From positions 1 through 64,000 of the forward strand of contig JAUCBJ010008261.1 in assembly GCA_032718475.1 (NCBI GenBank): 64,000 nucleotides of DNA, in the 5' to 3' direction. The notes under the pieces were generated by a model. It saw only the letters and a program-made list of their open reading frames with translations, was not told the DNA's origin and did no database searches. Positions 39,003 through 50,884 of the stretch are shown here, one piece after another (within the stretch, counting starts at the first letter, position 1; each line of letters begins with the position of its first letter). This stretch comes from Nemertoderma westbladi (lineage: Eukaryota > Animalia > Xenacoelomorpha). A program made the translations under genes and the position numbers.

Positions 39003-40322
39003 CAACGGCTGGAGTGGGTGTGTGACCATATTATTTTATATTTGTATTTGTTTTATTCTTTTATATTTATGTATGTATTATTATGTAATTTTATTTTAAT
39101 CGTTTTATTTAATTTTATTTAGTAACATGTTATTTTAGCGATTGTTTAGTAGATTAGTGCAATATATTCGCATTTATTACGTAATTACTTGTATTATATA
39201 TTTAGTGCGACGGCGAGAAATAATTCTTTTTCTCCTTCCTTACTGTCCGTATTACATTATAAATACGTGACTACGGTAAGATGAAATGTCCGTACTTATT
39301 AAAGTACAATAAAGCCACTACTATATTCAAGTATTATTGGTAGGCAGAGTATTAGGAATGCAAAGTTCAGATCCTCGTGTCTCGGCTAAACCAAGCTCTG
39401 GGTAGACCTTGGAAACGACTTGCCTCTTCACACTGACATTGCTTCGTGCGATATTGCTCTCATACCGTATATTAAATAATACATATAGTAGCGTGATGTC
39501 CCTTTAACAGTAGCGTATAACGCACAATAAATCTGTTAAACCCTTTGACCATCTGCAATTCTAGTCGATTAAGATATCGCGGCACCCACCGATACACTTG
39601 AAAGACAAAATTCTAGAATCAGTGGTTAACGTCCCCAGACAAGTTCTGGAATAAACTGGTGCCCATCCTAAATATTAATTATTAATATTTACAAAATCTG
39701 TCAAATTTTAGATCCTTTAAAATTCTAGTCCATTAACCTTCTAATTACCATGGGGTCGCTACCGACCCCAGAACACATTTATAATTTCTATAGATGCGTA
39801 CTAAATTATTTCCGGAAACAAAATGATCCGTGGTAAAAATTCTACCAGTGTTTTCTATAGCTGGTAGTGAAAAAAATCTAAATTGCTGTCCCAACACACT
39901 ATTTATTAGCAATTATAAAAAATGCAGCGTTATGTACCATGGGGTCGCTAGCGACCCCAACCATATACGTAGACGGCGAGACAGAACACAGGTGGAACGC
40001 TGGTAGGGGCATGGTAGATTATAAGCCACATGCAGATTACATGTCTGTATATGCTTGTACGTGTGCTTCTTAGGTTACAATTACATGAACAAGTGACTCC
40101 TCCCGTCCGCATACAGTAAGCCATAATCTGAGGAAATCTTCTCATTGGATGATGTACAGTATATTATCTCCGGCACAAACACGAGACAAATTTTCAGATT
40201 GCCCTAGCAACTCACATTAGCTATGTTATATTTATGTATATCTAACGAACAAGTGACTCCTCCCGTCCGCATACAGTAAGCCATAATCTGAGGAAATGTA
40301 GATTATAGGTCACCAAATTATT

Positions 40323-40797
40323 GGTCGGTAAATTGGTACCGGCCATGTGCCGGGGGTAAAGAAATTAGTTGTGTCAGTGGCGCCTCAGCCTACCCTCGTG
40401 TAGAAGCCAAGAGCTGAAGAGAGAGGTGGCTTTCATGGTTACCTCCGCTCCGGTTCAGTACCTACCTTGTTGTAGGCCTACTCACCGATCACTTTCTGAC
40501 TTTTTTTATTGGCTTGGGCGCTTCGCGCCGTTCGCTTCGCTCACCAACCCAATTAGGATTACCTGATTACTGTTAGATCTAGGTTAGGGTTGTAATGCAA
40601 TCCTAACCAAGGGACTAACCCTACCCCCTTCGGGAAGTCCATTCAAACAGTAAAAAAACGGGCAATTTGAATCCGACGCTAAACTCCATGTATGCCCGGT
40701 GGTACCGGACCGGTGGTAGGTAGGCCTACAAAAGATATCAGGCAGGATATAGGCCCTAGTAGGATACTGTACAGCCGTAACGGTACCGTTACCGACC
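40323..40797. mobile_element. 475-bp MITE in the piggyBac 5' region
   Basis: TIR GGTCGGTAA..GGTACCG / CGGTACCGTTACCGACC; candidate TSD ATTATT at 40317-40322 and 40798-40803. Confidence 0.65.
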
Positions 40798-40817
40798 ATT
40801 ATTATATATCTCAAAAC

Positions 40818-42506
40818 ATGTCTATCTGGTATACTGCACAGCAAGCCCTAGATATCATACTCAATTATGAAAGCGAGAGTGATGATGAAAATGAGGAGGA
40901 AATCGGCGATGTGAGCGACCAAGAGGAGGAGGATGTCGTTCTGGAACAGGATGGTTCTTCCGAGAGTGACGAAGTTGATGAACCGGAGGAGGCCACTCCT
41001 GCTGCTACAGCTGCTGCTCCAGCTGCTCAACTTACTTCGAAGGACGGCAAGGTCTGGAGCATCACCTCTGGGCTGGATCCACGAGGTAGACCTGCGCGTG
41101 CCAACATCCTTCGAGAAGCTGCTGGGCCAACTCGTCGTGTTAGGGAGCAGGCAGATACCCCTGCAGGTGCATTTTCCTGCTTTTTCACGAATGAGATTTT
41201 AAACATTATCATACAGTGTACGAACGAGGAGGGGAGCCGGGTTTACCCGGAGACTTGGAGTCCTATTGACCGGGTTGAGTTGCAAGCCTACCTGGGACTC
41301 ATACTATTGGCAGGAGTTTATCGAGCGAGATCGGAACCAGTGATACATCTCTGGAACCAGGAAAGTGGCCGCCCGGTCTTCGGCAATTGCATGGGAAGGA
41401 ACCGCTTTCAAGTCTTGACTCGTGTCCTCCGATTCGACTCACGCGCGGACCGCGAAGAACGGAGACAGCGGGACAAGATGGCGCCGATTTGCGTACTCCA
41501 TGACAAGTTAGCTGCCCTCTGCCGCAACAACTACAAAGTTGGCGCACAAGTTTGCGTGGACGAACAGCTGGTAGTGTACAGAGGCCGCTGCCCGTTCAAA
41601 GTTTATATTCCTTCAAAACCTGGGAAGTATGGCATGAAGGTTTGGGCGTGCTGCGATGTGGACACTGCGTACCTCACCAACTTCGAGCTGTATACGGGTA
41701 TGACTGGACGCGGTCCTGAAGTTGGACAAGCATTCAGAGTGGTCTTGCAGATGACCGAGCATCTTTCAGGAGCTGGACGAGGATGCACAATGGACAACTT
41801 CTTCACCTCATACGATCTGGCGCAGTCAATGCTGTATCGTCAGCTTACTTTGTGTGGCACCGTGAGGAAGAATCGCCGATTTCTGCCTCCTGCTATGCTA
41901 GACGTCCGTTCTCGCGCTGTTCAGTCCAGCAAGTTCGCCTTCCACAACGGCATGACACTAGTTTCATACGTGCCCAAGAAGAAAAAGAACGTGGTTCTTT
42001 TATCTACGCAGCACCACGATGCCGAAGTTCACGAGGATCGCCAAGACAAGAAACCGGAGATAATTCTCTACTACAATCGCACCAAGGGCGCCGTGGACAC
42101 GCTGGACAAGCTTCTGCGCACGTACTCGTGTCAACGCAAGTGCCGACGTTGGCCGCAGTTGTTCTTCGGGAATTTGGTCGACATTGCTGCTTACAACTCC
42201 TTCATTATCTTCTTATTTTGTTTTCCCGAGTTCATGGAAGGAAAATCCCATCGAAGACGCCTCTACCTGGAGAAGCTGGCATTCGAGCTGATGGCCGGGA
42301 AGATGATGCGGGACCGCCAGGAGGCGCAACCTGGTGCGCAGGCTGTGCCGCCATTGGCTGCAGGAAATGCCCAAAGACCGAGGAAGCGTGCCCGTTGCGA
42401 ATCCTGCCCTCGAGATCAGGATCGGAAGACCACCGAGCGATGCAGCGCTTATGGCAAGGCCATTTGTAAGGATCACCTCGGAGTGGTCTGTGTACACGGA
42501 TGCTAA
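40818..42506 (+). CDS. piggyBac transposase (PGBD4-like), open frame of ~562 aa
   Basis: Acidic N-terminus; VCVDEQ, PSKPGKYG, TMDNFFT, GTVRKNR, YNRTKGAVDTLD (DDD triad); C-terminal Cys-rich domain. The ORF-track start at 40692 lies inside the MITE, so ATG 40818 is preferred. Confidence 0.92.
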   Translation: MSIWYTAQQALDIILNYESESDDENEEEIGDVSDQEEEDVVLEQDGSSESDEVDEPEEATPAATAAAPAAQLTSKDGKVWSITSGLDPRGRPARANILREAAGPTRRVREQADTPAGAFSCFFTNEILNIIIQCTNEEGSRVYPETWSPIDRVELQAYLGLILLAGVYRARSEPVIHLWNQESGRPVFGNCMGRNRFQVLTRVLRFDSRADREERRQRDKMAPICVLHDKLAALCRNNYKVGAQVCVDEQLVVYRGRCPFKVYIPSKPGKYGMKVWACCDVDTAYLTNFELYTGMTGRGPEVGQAFRVVLQMTEHLSGAGRGCTMDNFFTSYDLAQSMLYRQLTLCGTVRKNRRFLPPAMLDVRSRAVQSSKFAFHNGMTLVSYVPKKKKNVVLLSTQHHDAEVHEDRQDKKPEIILYYNRTKGAVDTLDKLLRTYSCQRKCRRWPQLFFGNLVDIAAYNSFIIFLFCFPEFMEGKSHRRRLYLEKLAFELMAGKMMRDRQEAQPGAQAVPPLAAGNAQRPRKRARCESCPRDQDRKTTERCSAYGKAICKDHLGVVCVHGC

Positions 42507-43510
42507 CTGTTTTGGACACTTTACCCCGGTGTTGCAGTAAAAACTATTTTATTTTGTTGACCCAAAAATGGAATATAGCAGGTGGGGTCGCTAGCGACCC
42601 CATGGTACTTAACGTAACTTTTTTTCACGGTAATTAGAAGGTTAAGGTATCGTAGCACTTACCGATACTCTTAAAAGGACAAAATTCCTCGAACCAAGGA
42701 TCCCAGTCCCCAGACACGTTCTGGAATAAAATTGTGTCTATTTAACATTAAATAATAAAATTTAAGGGAATAAATTTAAATTCAGATATTTCAATGAATT
42801 TAATAAATTGTCATTTTATACAATTTATAACATTCCCAAAATTCCATTAATTAATAGATCATGGGAGCGGAGATTCACTCTATTAAGTGTATTTGTATGC
42901 GAGAATCTCCAATGTATAGTCAATAGCCGATAAAATTCATAGAATCATGTATAAAGGGGATATTGACCATTAAAGAATTACTATTAAATAGCATCCCAGA
43001 TCTGTATGCATGAGAATTACCCTAATTCTACCGCTAGCTTTTCATAATGTCACCATAGCAACAACCACGCTAGAATTAGAAGTGAGTTAAAAGAACAATA
43101 GAAGGCATGCCCCATTGAATAGCATAGGGAATAAATAGCGCACTGCTAGTATCCAAGGATACATAATAAATACAGTGACATTCTGGAAGGTACTGACTAA
43201 CGGACAAATGGCCCGAATGTGTGCAGTTTGTTGCAGTTGTGTTGAATTTGTGCGTTTGTAGGTGAATGTTACTACTAAGGTGTGTTTACAGTAGCGAGTC
43301 GCAATTGTGAAAGTAACCCTAACTCTCCAAGAAGAACCTGCAGTACATCTAAGCCTTTGGGACGGACAGTGGAGTGACTTGTGCCGGTTATCGTTGTCGT
43401 TGTGTGGCTACATCGTTGGCGAAAGCACAGCGACGACGGTACATCGGCGCTGAGGATCTTACACTGTCCGGGGGCAAAAGAGGGGTAGGCAGCGACGCCC
43501 GCTAGCCTAA

Positions 43511-43545
43511 TATATAAACTCATTATAATATTGATAAACTCATAG
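43511..43545 (+). promoter_or_regulatory. Candidate TATA/Inr core promoter for the extra ORF
   Basis: TATATAAA at 43511-43518; TCA with its A at 43542, 31 nt downstream; ATG at 43551. The AT-rich context makes chance possible. Confidence 0.3.
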
Positions 43546-43550
43546 CAGAT

Positions 43551-46500
43551 ATGACTGAGTTGATAGAAGATGATCTTGGCATCAGGGAGCGATATACTCT
43601 ACCTTTACAAGCGTTTGTCGATAGCTTGATACGCGGCGACGCTGGTCCAACTACTACGGTGGATGATGGTCGTTATATTGAACCGCCAATGTCCCCGGAG
43701 CAACTTACGCGTGAATTGGATTATAGAAAGTTCACTGCTCGCTATACGCATCGTAATGGCACGTATATGGACTTCTTAACTACCGGCCATCCTATCGATT
43801 TACACGATACGGACGATGTGGATACCGAAAGGGAAATGGTTTTATTTAAATACCATACCCAACGGAATCGGAACGATAAGCCAAGAATAGAACACGAGAA
43901 CTCTATTCGAAACAGACTCGAAAGAGAAGACGTTGAAGAGCCGGATAAACGCAACGACTTCAACGATTATCTGGAATTCTTGAGAGAAACATACCTCAAT
44001 ATTGCCAGTCAACAAAATCTCGTAACTTGATATCCTCAAGGTATACATCATGATCCTATGATAGAACTCAAACGACTCTATTTCACTATGATGTATCTTA
44101 CCGCCGATCGACCGCTACCTGTTGTCCCAGATAGCTTCGAACAGATGGAGGAATATTGTAAAACTGGAGAACGATCACCCGCGTTTCCTCTGCAGGACGT
44201 GCGTCTTTGGTATTACTGCGACGAATGCCCTAGACCCAATCAGCAAACGGAAAGACATAAACATCCGCGGAGACGTTGCGCTAAACACAGTTTTACACGA
44301 TATACTTATGGGAGTTTCGAGCGAAACCTTTTCGACGTGTCACCTGCGGTCGCTCGACTCAAGCGATCCTTGAACAAACCGATGATCAGAGTTCCGGAAT
44401 ACTCGGTCAGACCTCCGCATTCCTCAGTTAGACCTCAAACTCTTGACCCTAATAGTATCACGGATCCTCCCGAACTGTACTCACTGTTCAAAGATCTAGT
44501 GTTACCCGAACAGTTGATCGGTGGCACTCTGGTAGTAGGCTCATGAGACATTCGCCAACCCTACCTAGCTGGATTGGGACGTGGTCATCTAATATCGCCG
44601 TTTAACCCATACAACCGTCCCGGCTTCACCTCTATCCAACCCGTTACGGAAGTCGAAGAGAGCGTCGTACGAAACGCATTAGACGCTATTCGGCAGAAAA
44701 TCGGAAAGGGAACGTACGATTGTTTGGAGAAGCGTAAATTGCAGCAACAAGTCCAAGTGGTGAAGGAATTAGCTTTACCCCAGTTCGATAGAGAAATACA
44801 AAATCTCGAAGAGGACATCGAACGTGGACGAACCTACTCTTTACAAGAGTTTCTAGATGAGCGTCTACAACAACAAGCGGAGGAGAATCAGCTCGAGGAG
44901 AGACATATAGAACTGGATGAGAGAGAAGAAGCGGCTTTAGCTCAACCCGAAGCGCAAATCCTTATGACGGATCTCTACACTAAAACCATTCTTCATCCCT
45001 CGATGGTTCCCCATTTCGGAGACAAACTTTTTGCGACGGCACAACCCCAACCGGTTGATATCAACCTAAGATCTCGAGATCTTATCGCCGACGCTCCTAT
45101 GTTGCAGCGTCCGCCCATCGAATCCGCTCGTGTCGATGGTATACTCGTTGAACCTCCGGACAATAGAGCAGATCTTGTCCGTCGCATGGTACACGATGTA
45201 AACATACGCGCTAGACCTTTACCGGACTCGTTTTACGGGATCAAAGATCACCCTTATTACGTCAATCTAAAACAATATTACATGGTAAAACCGGAAGATC
45301 ATACACATAGTCTGAAGTTTCTACCGCTAATAAATCCTCTCGATCTTGTCGAACTCGAACAACTGCAGAAACATCTGGATCAGTTAGTTAAAGTAAACTC
45401 ATTTCGAAAACCATATAATGTTTCCAGAATAGAGAAAGAAACAATACCTCCGTATAATCTTGATGGATTCATCAAAACTCGTTTAGTGCACTGGAATCTT
45501 GATGTGTTATTCGAGGAGGAAAGAATACAACGATATGGAGATGTGGAAACATATACCACACAATATTTAAAGTATAAAGACCTGCCTAATGCTAGCGAAT
45601 GCGCTACCTTGTGGCATCCTGTGGGAATGACACTCGAAAACGCCACAAAAGAGTGGAACGAAACTCTTAATGTTATCGAGATGTATGGAGTTGTCACTTA
45701 CGATAACGAAGGTAGCGTTCCGGTTGGAGAACTTGGAACTACGCGGATGATACATATACGAGGACTCGCTGGTTCTACCCACGTATTTACTCGAGCGTGT
45801 TCCGACGTTATTGATTATTCTTTTGAAACTCTTACTGAGACACAAAAGAAACTCCGACATGGACAATTTGAACTCGCGCAGCGTTACGTCACCGACACCG
45901 AGCGCAAACCGGCCATGGGTATCGATGGATCGATGTTACCCCAACCCGTGCTCGAGATGTTGTTTAACGAAAGAATCCTTAAAATCGGCTCAGCTGTTTA
46001 TGGAGACCTACAGAACGACTTTCGGAATATGGAGAACATTCCATACCCCTTCGTTGATACTCAGCTGATTGCTCCTTGGGCAGAAGGCCGAGGTTTCTTC
46101 CGCACTATGTATGCCAATACACCCAGCGGAATTACTAAAGTACAACGAACCTCCATCGGACATCTTGCCTTTCAAGAATACGGATGGAATTTCAAGGTTG
46201 GAAATCCTATAAATTACCAACAAGTATACGGAGATCATTATTCTCGTTTATACTTTGATGGACCATTGACCGCACCTGGCGCCGTGTATAGCTTTATGAG
46301 TGTTCCACTTCGTCCCTCCTTAGCTATATACACGATCTTTGAAAACGCAGCACTTGCCGGTTGGCTAGCCGATGTGTGCAGTCGTACCATACGCGCCCAT
46401 CCCTTAATACTTGGAACCAAACTCGCCAAGTTAGATGAACACAATAAATTCATCCGCTTCGAATGTTTCAGGCGCTTTCTGACTCCGTTCCGTAACGTTG

Positions 46501-47804
46501 ATAGTCAGTTCAAGGACCGCGCTCTGACCAAGGTCAGCCTAAGAGACTCGGCTGCGGAGAAGCTAAACAGCGCGGGATTTGCCCTCTTTCAGGACGTTTG
46601 TATACAAAACTTACATTCATCTGTTATACAAAGACCCCGAATACCCACGGGTTATTCTGTCGTGGAAGTTCAGACAGTGGGTCCTCTTGCGGAGACAGCC
46701 GCACCTACGTCAGCTATGCAATTGGAAGACGAACCAATATGCTTAGAAGCTGAAGCGATTCAGCCTACAGCGCCCCGGAGCAGCGATAACGACTACGTCT
46801 TAGAGTGGTATCAAGGTCCACAATGTCTCACCGCATACGATTATCGACACGCTAACTATGTTTCTCGAAAACGTTGTCGATTATGCGCATCGAGAGACCA
46901 TTTCACCCCTATGGACTCAGATGTACCCTGCTCCTATTTCCACGAACAACCGATGATGGAGATATATTGTGCGTATTGCAGACTTAATAACTCTCATATT
47001 TTTGCAGTCTGCCCCCAATTTATGACTCAATGCCACCACTGTCAACTTAAAGGACATGCCAGTTATAATTGCCCCTTTAATCACGATTTAGAGAGCGTAG
47101 ATGAAATGATTACCCTGCGCTACATCCGAGCTTGGGAAGCGAACGCGGATTTACATTGTGAGTCCCGTCATCGATACTACCCTGGACGCTCTTACGAGGG
47201 AGTTTACGCGTTCCATCCTTATTTATTCGCGTCTGTGGAACAAAAAACACGCACACCGAGTTACGAACTAATGAAGCGTGTTGGTGAGTGTATTTCCACC
47301 AAATTCGTTCGAAAATACCTTAGGAACGTCAATCCTAACGATATTACTTCATACCATTTGATCAATTATATCCGTCAAGACCCTGAGTATGGCGATTTAT
47401 TTATCAACTCGCACCCTGAGTTACAGGAAGTATCTCGACGGCCCTACGAATATCGAGCCCGAGAACGCGAGCTGGAAAGAACTATTAAACCAAGGAAGTT
47501 TCTCACCACTCACGGTCCGCCTACCGCCGTTGTCCAGACGACCCGTCAAGGACCAGTAGGAGCTGCTGTCCTAAGACGCGCCCTAAAGACCGTTAGACCT
47601 CGCTCCACTGAAGTTGATATCGATCAACCAGGTACCTCGACCGGCGGATACACCGATCGCAATCCGAAACCTTCTGATGCAATTGTATTGCACCCTTCAC
47701 CCAGGAGTTACAGCCCTCCTAGCAAAGTGGCTCGCCCTAAAGAGAAAAGGACTCTTGCTAGCTTCAAAAAACTGCGTAAACGCCGTCCACGTAAGAAAGA
47801 CTAA
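43551..47804 (+). pseudogene. BEL extra ORF (~1417 codons, two in-frame TGA): coiled coil + DEDDy-like 3'-5' exonuclease + Cys/His knuckles + basic tail
   Basis: Three ORF-track ORFs share one frame with stop-free linkers. ExoI VVTYDNEG (45702-45710), LPQPVLEMLFNERILKIGSAVYGD (ExoII), FVDTQ, SIGHLAFQEYG, PLRPSLAIYTIFE (ExoIII-like). Knuckles at 46875-47075. Ends KKLRKRRPRKKD. Confidence 0.75.
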
Positions 47805-47882
47805 CTGTTTAGAGTATTTTTATATTTTAGAAACTGTGATTTGTTATATTTTATAGACTTAAATCCCATTTTCTGGGAGCGG

Positions 47883-49037
47883 TGTAAATCTTTTGCGTAA
47901 TTAGCCGGTTATTTTCCCGTAAAGTACTCTGTGGTTGGTTTACCAGGCATAAAAAGGCCGTGTCCTTACTGTACTGGTGTTTTAGAGGACATAAAAGCCA
48001 TTTCTTGTGTATTTGTACTTTAGAGGACATAATCCGCAATTTCGTGACGCAATAAGCTAGATACTCTTGAAAACAGTGTCGCTACCATGACGACGGCTAA
48101 CAGCTGATATTGCCACGTCGAACATTTCTTTGTTCTTTGTTCTCTCTTTGTACGGTCGACCAATCAGAGCGTTTTTTGTCTCTGTGTTGGAGGTTGGATA
48201 CAGAAACTCAGGAATTCAGTGTTATGTTTTTGCTCAGAGCCTAAGAACACCGGCTTTTGGCACCTCCGTGTTTCAGTCTTTAGCTTAACATTAGTAGGCT
48301 TAATTATAGAACGTATATCTGTTATCAATGCAATTCATACCTCACTTAATAATCATTTATACCTTAACATTACTGCTTTTGCTGTTGGTTATTCATTATA
48401 TTTGTTGATGAAATATTATATCGGAATACTGATCAATATTCAGACACCCCAATCTTCTTGATATACTAAAGGTTAGAGAGACTGGTTACATATAAACGAT
48501 TGCGACCTATGTTAAGTGGTTTGAAGTGAATCTAATGCTATTTCATAGGCCCGACATAAATTGTATGTTGCTCTCTTTATACGTGACTAAATTTAGTGAA
48601 GGTCGGCAGATTAGTGTGCAGTATTGTGCAGCATTGTGTATGATTGTAACTGATAACAAAGCATCTCCTAAAGAATGCGCCATATACGTGAATCTATAGC
48701 CATTTCGTTGTGTCTAGTTTAAGTCATAACTCTGTTTACATATTTAGAGCGCCACGTCCTAAAGGAACTGTTAATATTTCCCGAAAGTGAATAATATTTG
48801 TCAGAGATTATATATTACGATCAGTCGAATAGTACAGTAGGCTTACACCAGCAATCAAGTTAAGCTTCCGAATTCAGTCTCCCGGGTATATCCAGCGGGT
48901 GAATGATTGCGCATAGACTGGCTTCGGCTAATGTAGTGTATCAAATACTCGTCATAGGCTAAAGACTATCTATCATCTAAAAGACATCCTAATTTGGCAG
49001 GTTAAACTGTCAAAGGTCTTAAGAAAAAGCGCAAACA
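47883..49037 (+). repeat. 3' LTR
   Basis: TGTAAATC...GCGCAAACA followed by the AGCAG TSD. Confidence 0.95.
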
Positions 49038-50884
49038 AGCAGGGAATTTAACACATGTACTTCTTTGAATTGACAATCCTAAATGTACTCCTCGCATAGC
49101 ACCCCTTAAGTAATCACCGTAAAACATAGGGAAAACACTATAAAAACACTATAAACCTTCCGGAAAACAGTGAAAAAATTGATCAGCATTAAATTTTACC
49201 TATATGCTGCAAAAAAATAAATTGAAAGAGTCTAATACTGCCCAGAAAGCTTGTTGCCAGGCAACCAAAGAACTGTAACCACTCAGCATACGGTGCAGTA
49301 TCAGTACAGCAGTACTATCCTTGTTTTACCGGTCAGTTGGTAGAGGCGCAAAGTACCAGTATTGCTGTATTCTGGTAGGCCTATTACCTGATTGCAGATT
49401 ACGGTATTAGTGCTGTAGTGCAGTAGTGTAATGCTGTAATGTAATGTAATGCTGTAATGTCCCATGGCTATGGCACTATCTCTGTAACCAGGCTGCCAGG
49501 CTGTCTTAATACTGTAATGCTTACCGGTACTACTCAGCTCTAAATATAGAAATATTTACAGCTTTAAACCCTAACAATACTGCAATATCTGAATACTGAA
49601 ATACACTTACTGCACTACAGCACTAATACTGTAATCTGTAGTCAGGTAATAGGCCTACCGCTACCAGAATACAGCAATACTGGTACTTTGCGCCTCTTCC
49701 GACTGACCGGTAAAACAAGGATAGTACTGCTGTACTGATACTGCACCGTATGCTGATTGGTTACAGCTCTTTGGTTGCCTGGCAACAAGCTTTCTGGGCA
49801 GTATTAGACTCTTTCAATTGATTTTTTTGCAGCATATAGGTAAAATTTAATGCTGATCAATTTTTTCACTGTTTTCCGGAAGGTTTATAGTGTTTTTATA
49901 GTGCTTTCCCTATGTTTTACGGTGATTACTTAAGGGGTGCTATGCGAGGAGTACATTTAGGATTGTCAATTCAGAGAAGTACATGTGTTAAATTTCCTGC
50001 TGATCAATATTTTCACTGTTTTCCCGGTGTTTTACAGTACTTTTCTTATGTTTTCCTAGTGTTTTACCGTTTTACTAGTGTTTTCCTAATTTAGAACTAT
50101 CCGATTAATCGTAAATAATTAAAGATCAATCGTAGGTTGAAATTACGCCGTGTCCGTGACAACAACACTACCGTTAATATTCTTGAGCATATTATTGTTA
50201 AACGTGTAATTGAAAAACACACATTTGCATTGTATAGTCCCTACTGTATCCCCCTTTATTGGAGAACGTTTCAGTACTTCCGCACGGGCATGCATACGAC
50301 GCAAAGATTTTATTTGTACACCCTTATAATTCCGGATACCCGTAGGCATAGTGTGACCATTTTGGTTGATTTTTTTTATCAAAATGGTGACCACTTACGA
50401 AATATGAATGAATTTTAACATTTCATTTTTCGAACATGTTAAATTCGTTTTCAAACAATCGAAAGTTTTGTGAGCGCTATTGTTTGTTATTATGGTAAAG
50501 TGTTTTTCATTGTGGCTTAGTTAAACAATGTTTCTGAATGATATAAAAGACAGAAAATACATAAAAACATTTCAAATATATGTTTCGGTTTCTGCGTTTT
50601 CGGCGTTTTTAAAACACTAGCTAACAGTACCTTACAAAAATTTACTAGCAACCATAATAAATAACTAACAAAAAAAAATTAAAAATTAAAAAATTGTTGT
50701 TCGATTACACAACTTCATTAAATTCATAGTTAACTTGTTCGAAATTGGAACATAAGATAAAAATCTACAGACAGTACTAAGATGAACACAATATAATAAC
50801 AAAAAAATTGTCTTATGTTCTAAAATGTTCTAGAGCAACGATGATCACACAAGGCTTACTAGTATCGCATGAGTGAATGACCAA

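Larger units (their letters stand above)
39737..42641 (+). mobile_element. piggyBac transposon inserted in the BEL 3' region
   Basis: TTAA at 39733-39736 and 42642-42645. TIR CCTTCTAATTACC. Subterminal palindromes tggggtcgctagcgacccca. It interrupts one unit of a ~165-bp BEL direct repeat whose other unit (39557-39655) is uninterrupted. Confidence 0.95.
28031..49037 (+). mobile_element. BEL/Pao LTR retrotransposon, full length (21 kb; ~18.1 kb without the piggyBac)
   Basis: TGT...ACA LTRs, 5-bp TSD AGCAG (28026-28030, 49038-49042), BEL-type Gag-PR-RT-RH-IN order, purine-rich GGGAGCGG before the 3' LTR. Confidence 0.95.
27925..50102. mobile_element. ~1.2-kb near-palindromic foldback MITE (Mutator- or Merlin-like), split by the BEL element
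   Basis: 9-bp TSD GATTAATCG at 27916-27924 and 50103-50111. Termini GGATGATTCTAAATTAGG / CCTAATTTAGAACTATCC. Arms 27925-28030 plus 49043-49430 mirror 49605-50102. Empty site seen in copy A at ~25068-25100. Confidence 0.85.

Noticed and set aside
40692-40817. N-terminal 42 aa of the piggyBac transposase
   Set aside because: Encoded mostly by the inserted MITE; ATG 40818 is the more plausible start.
44028-44546. Programmed TGA readthrough or selenocysteine recoding
   Set aside because: Gag-Pol also has stops, a frameshift and a deletion. The number of stops fits ordinary decay, and I recognise no readthrough signal.
43551-47804. env gene
   Set aside because: No signal peptide, TM anchor or fusion-protein pattern; the basic tail and knuckles point to an intracellular protein.
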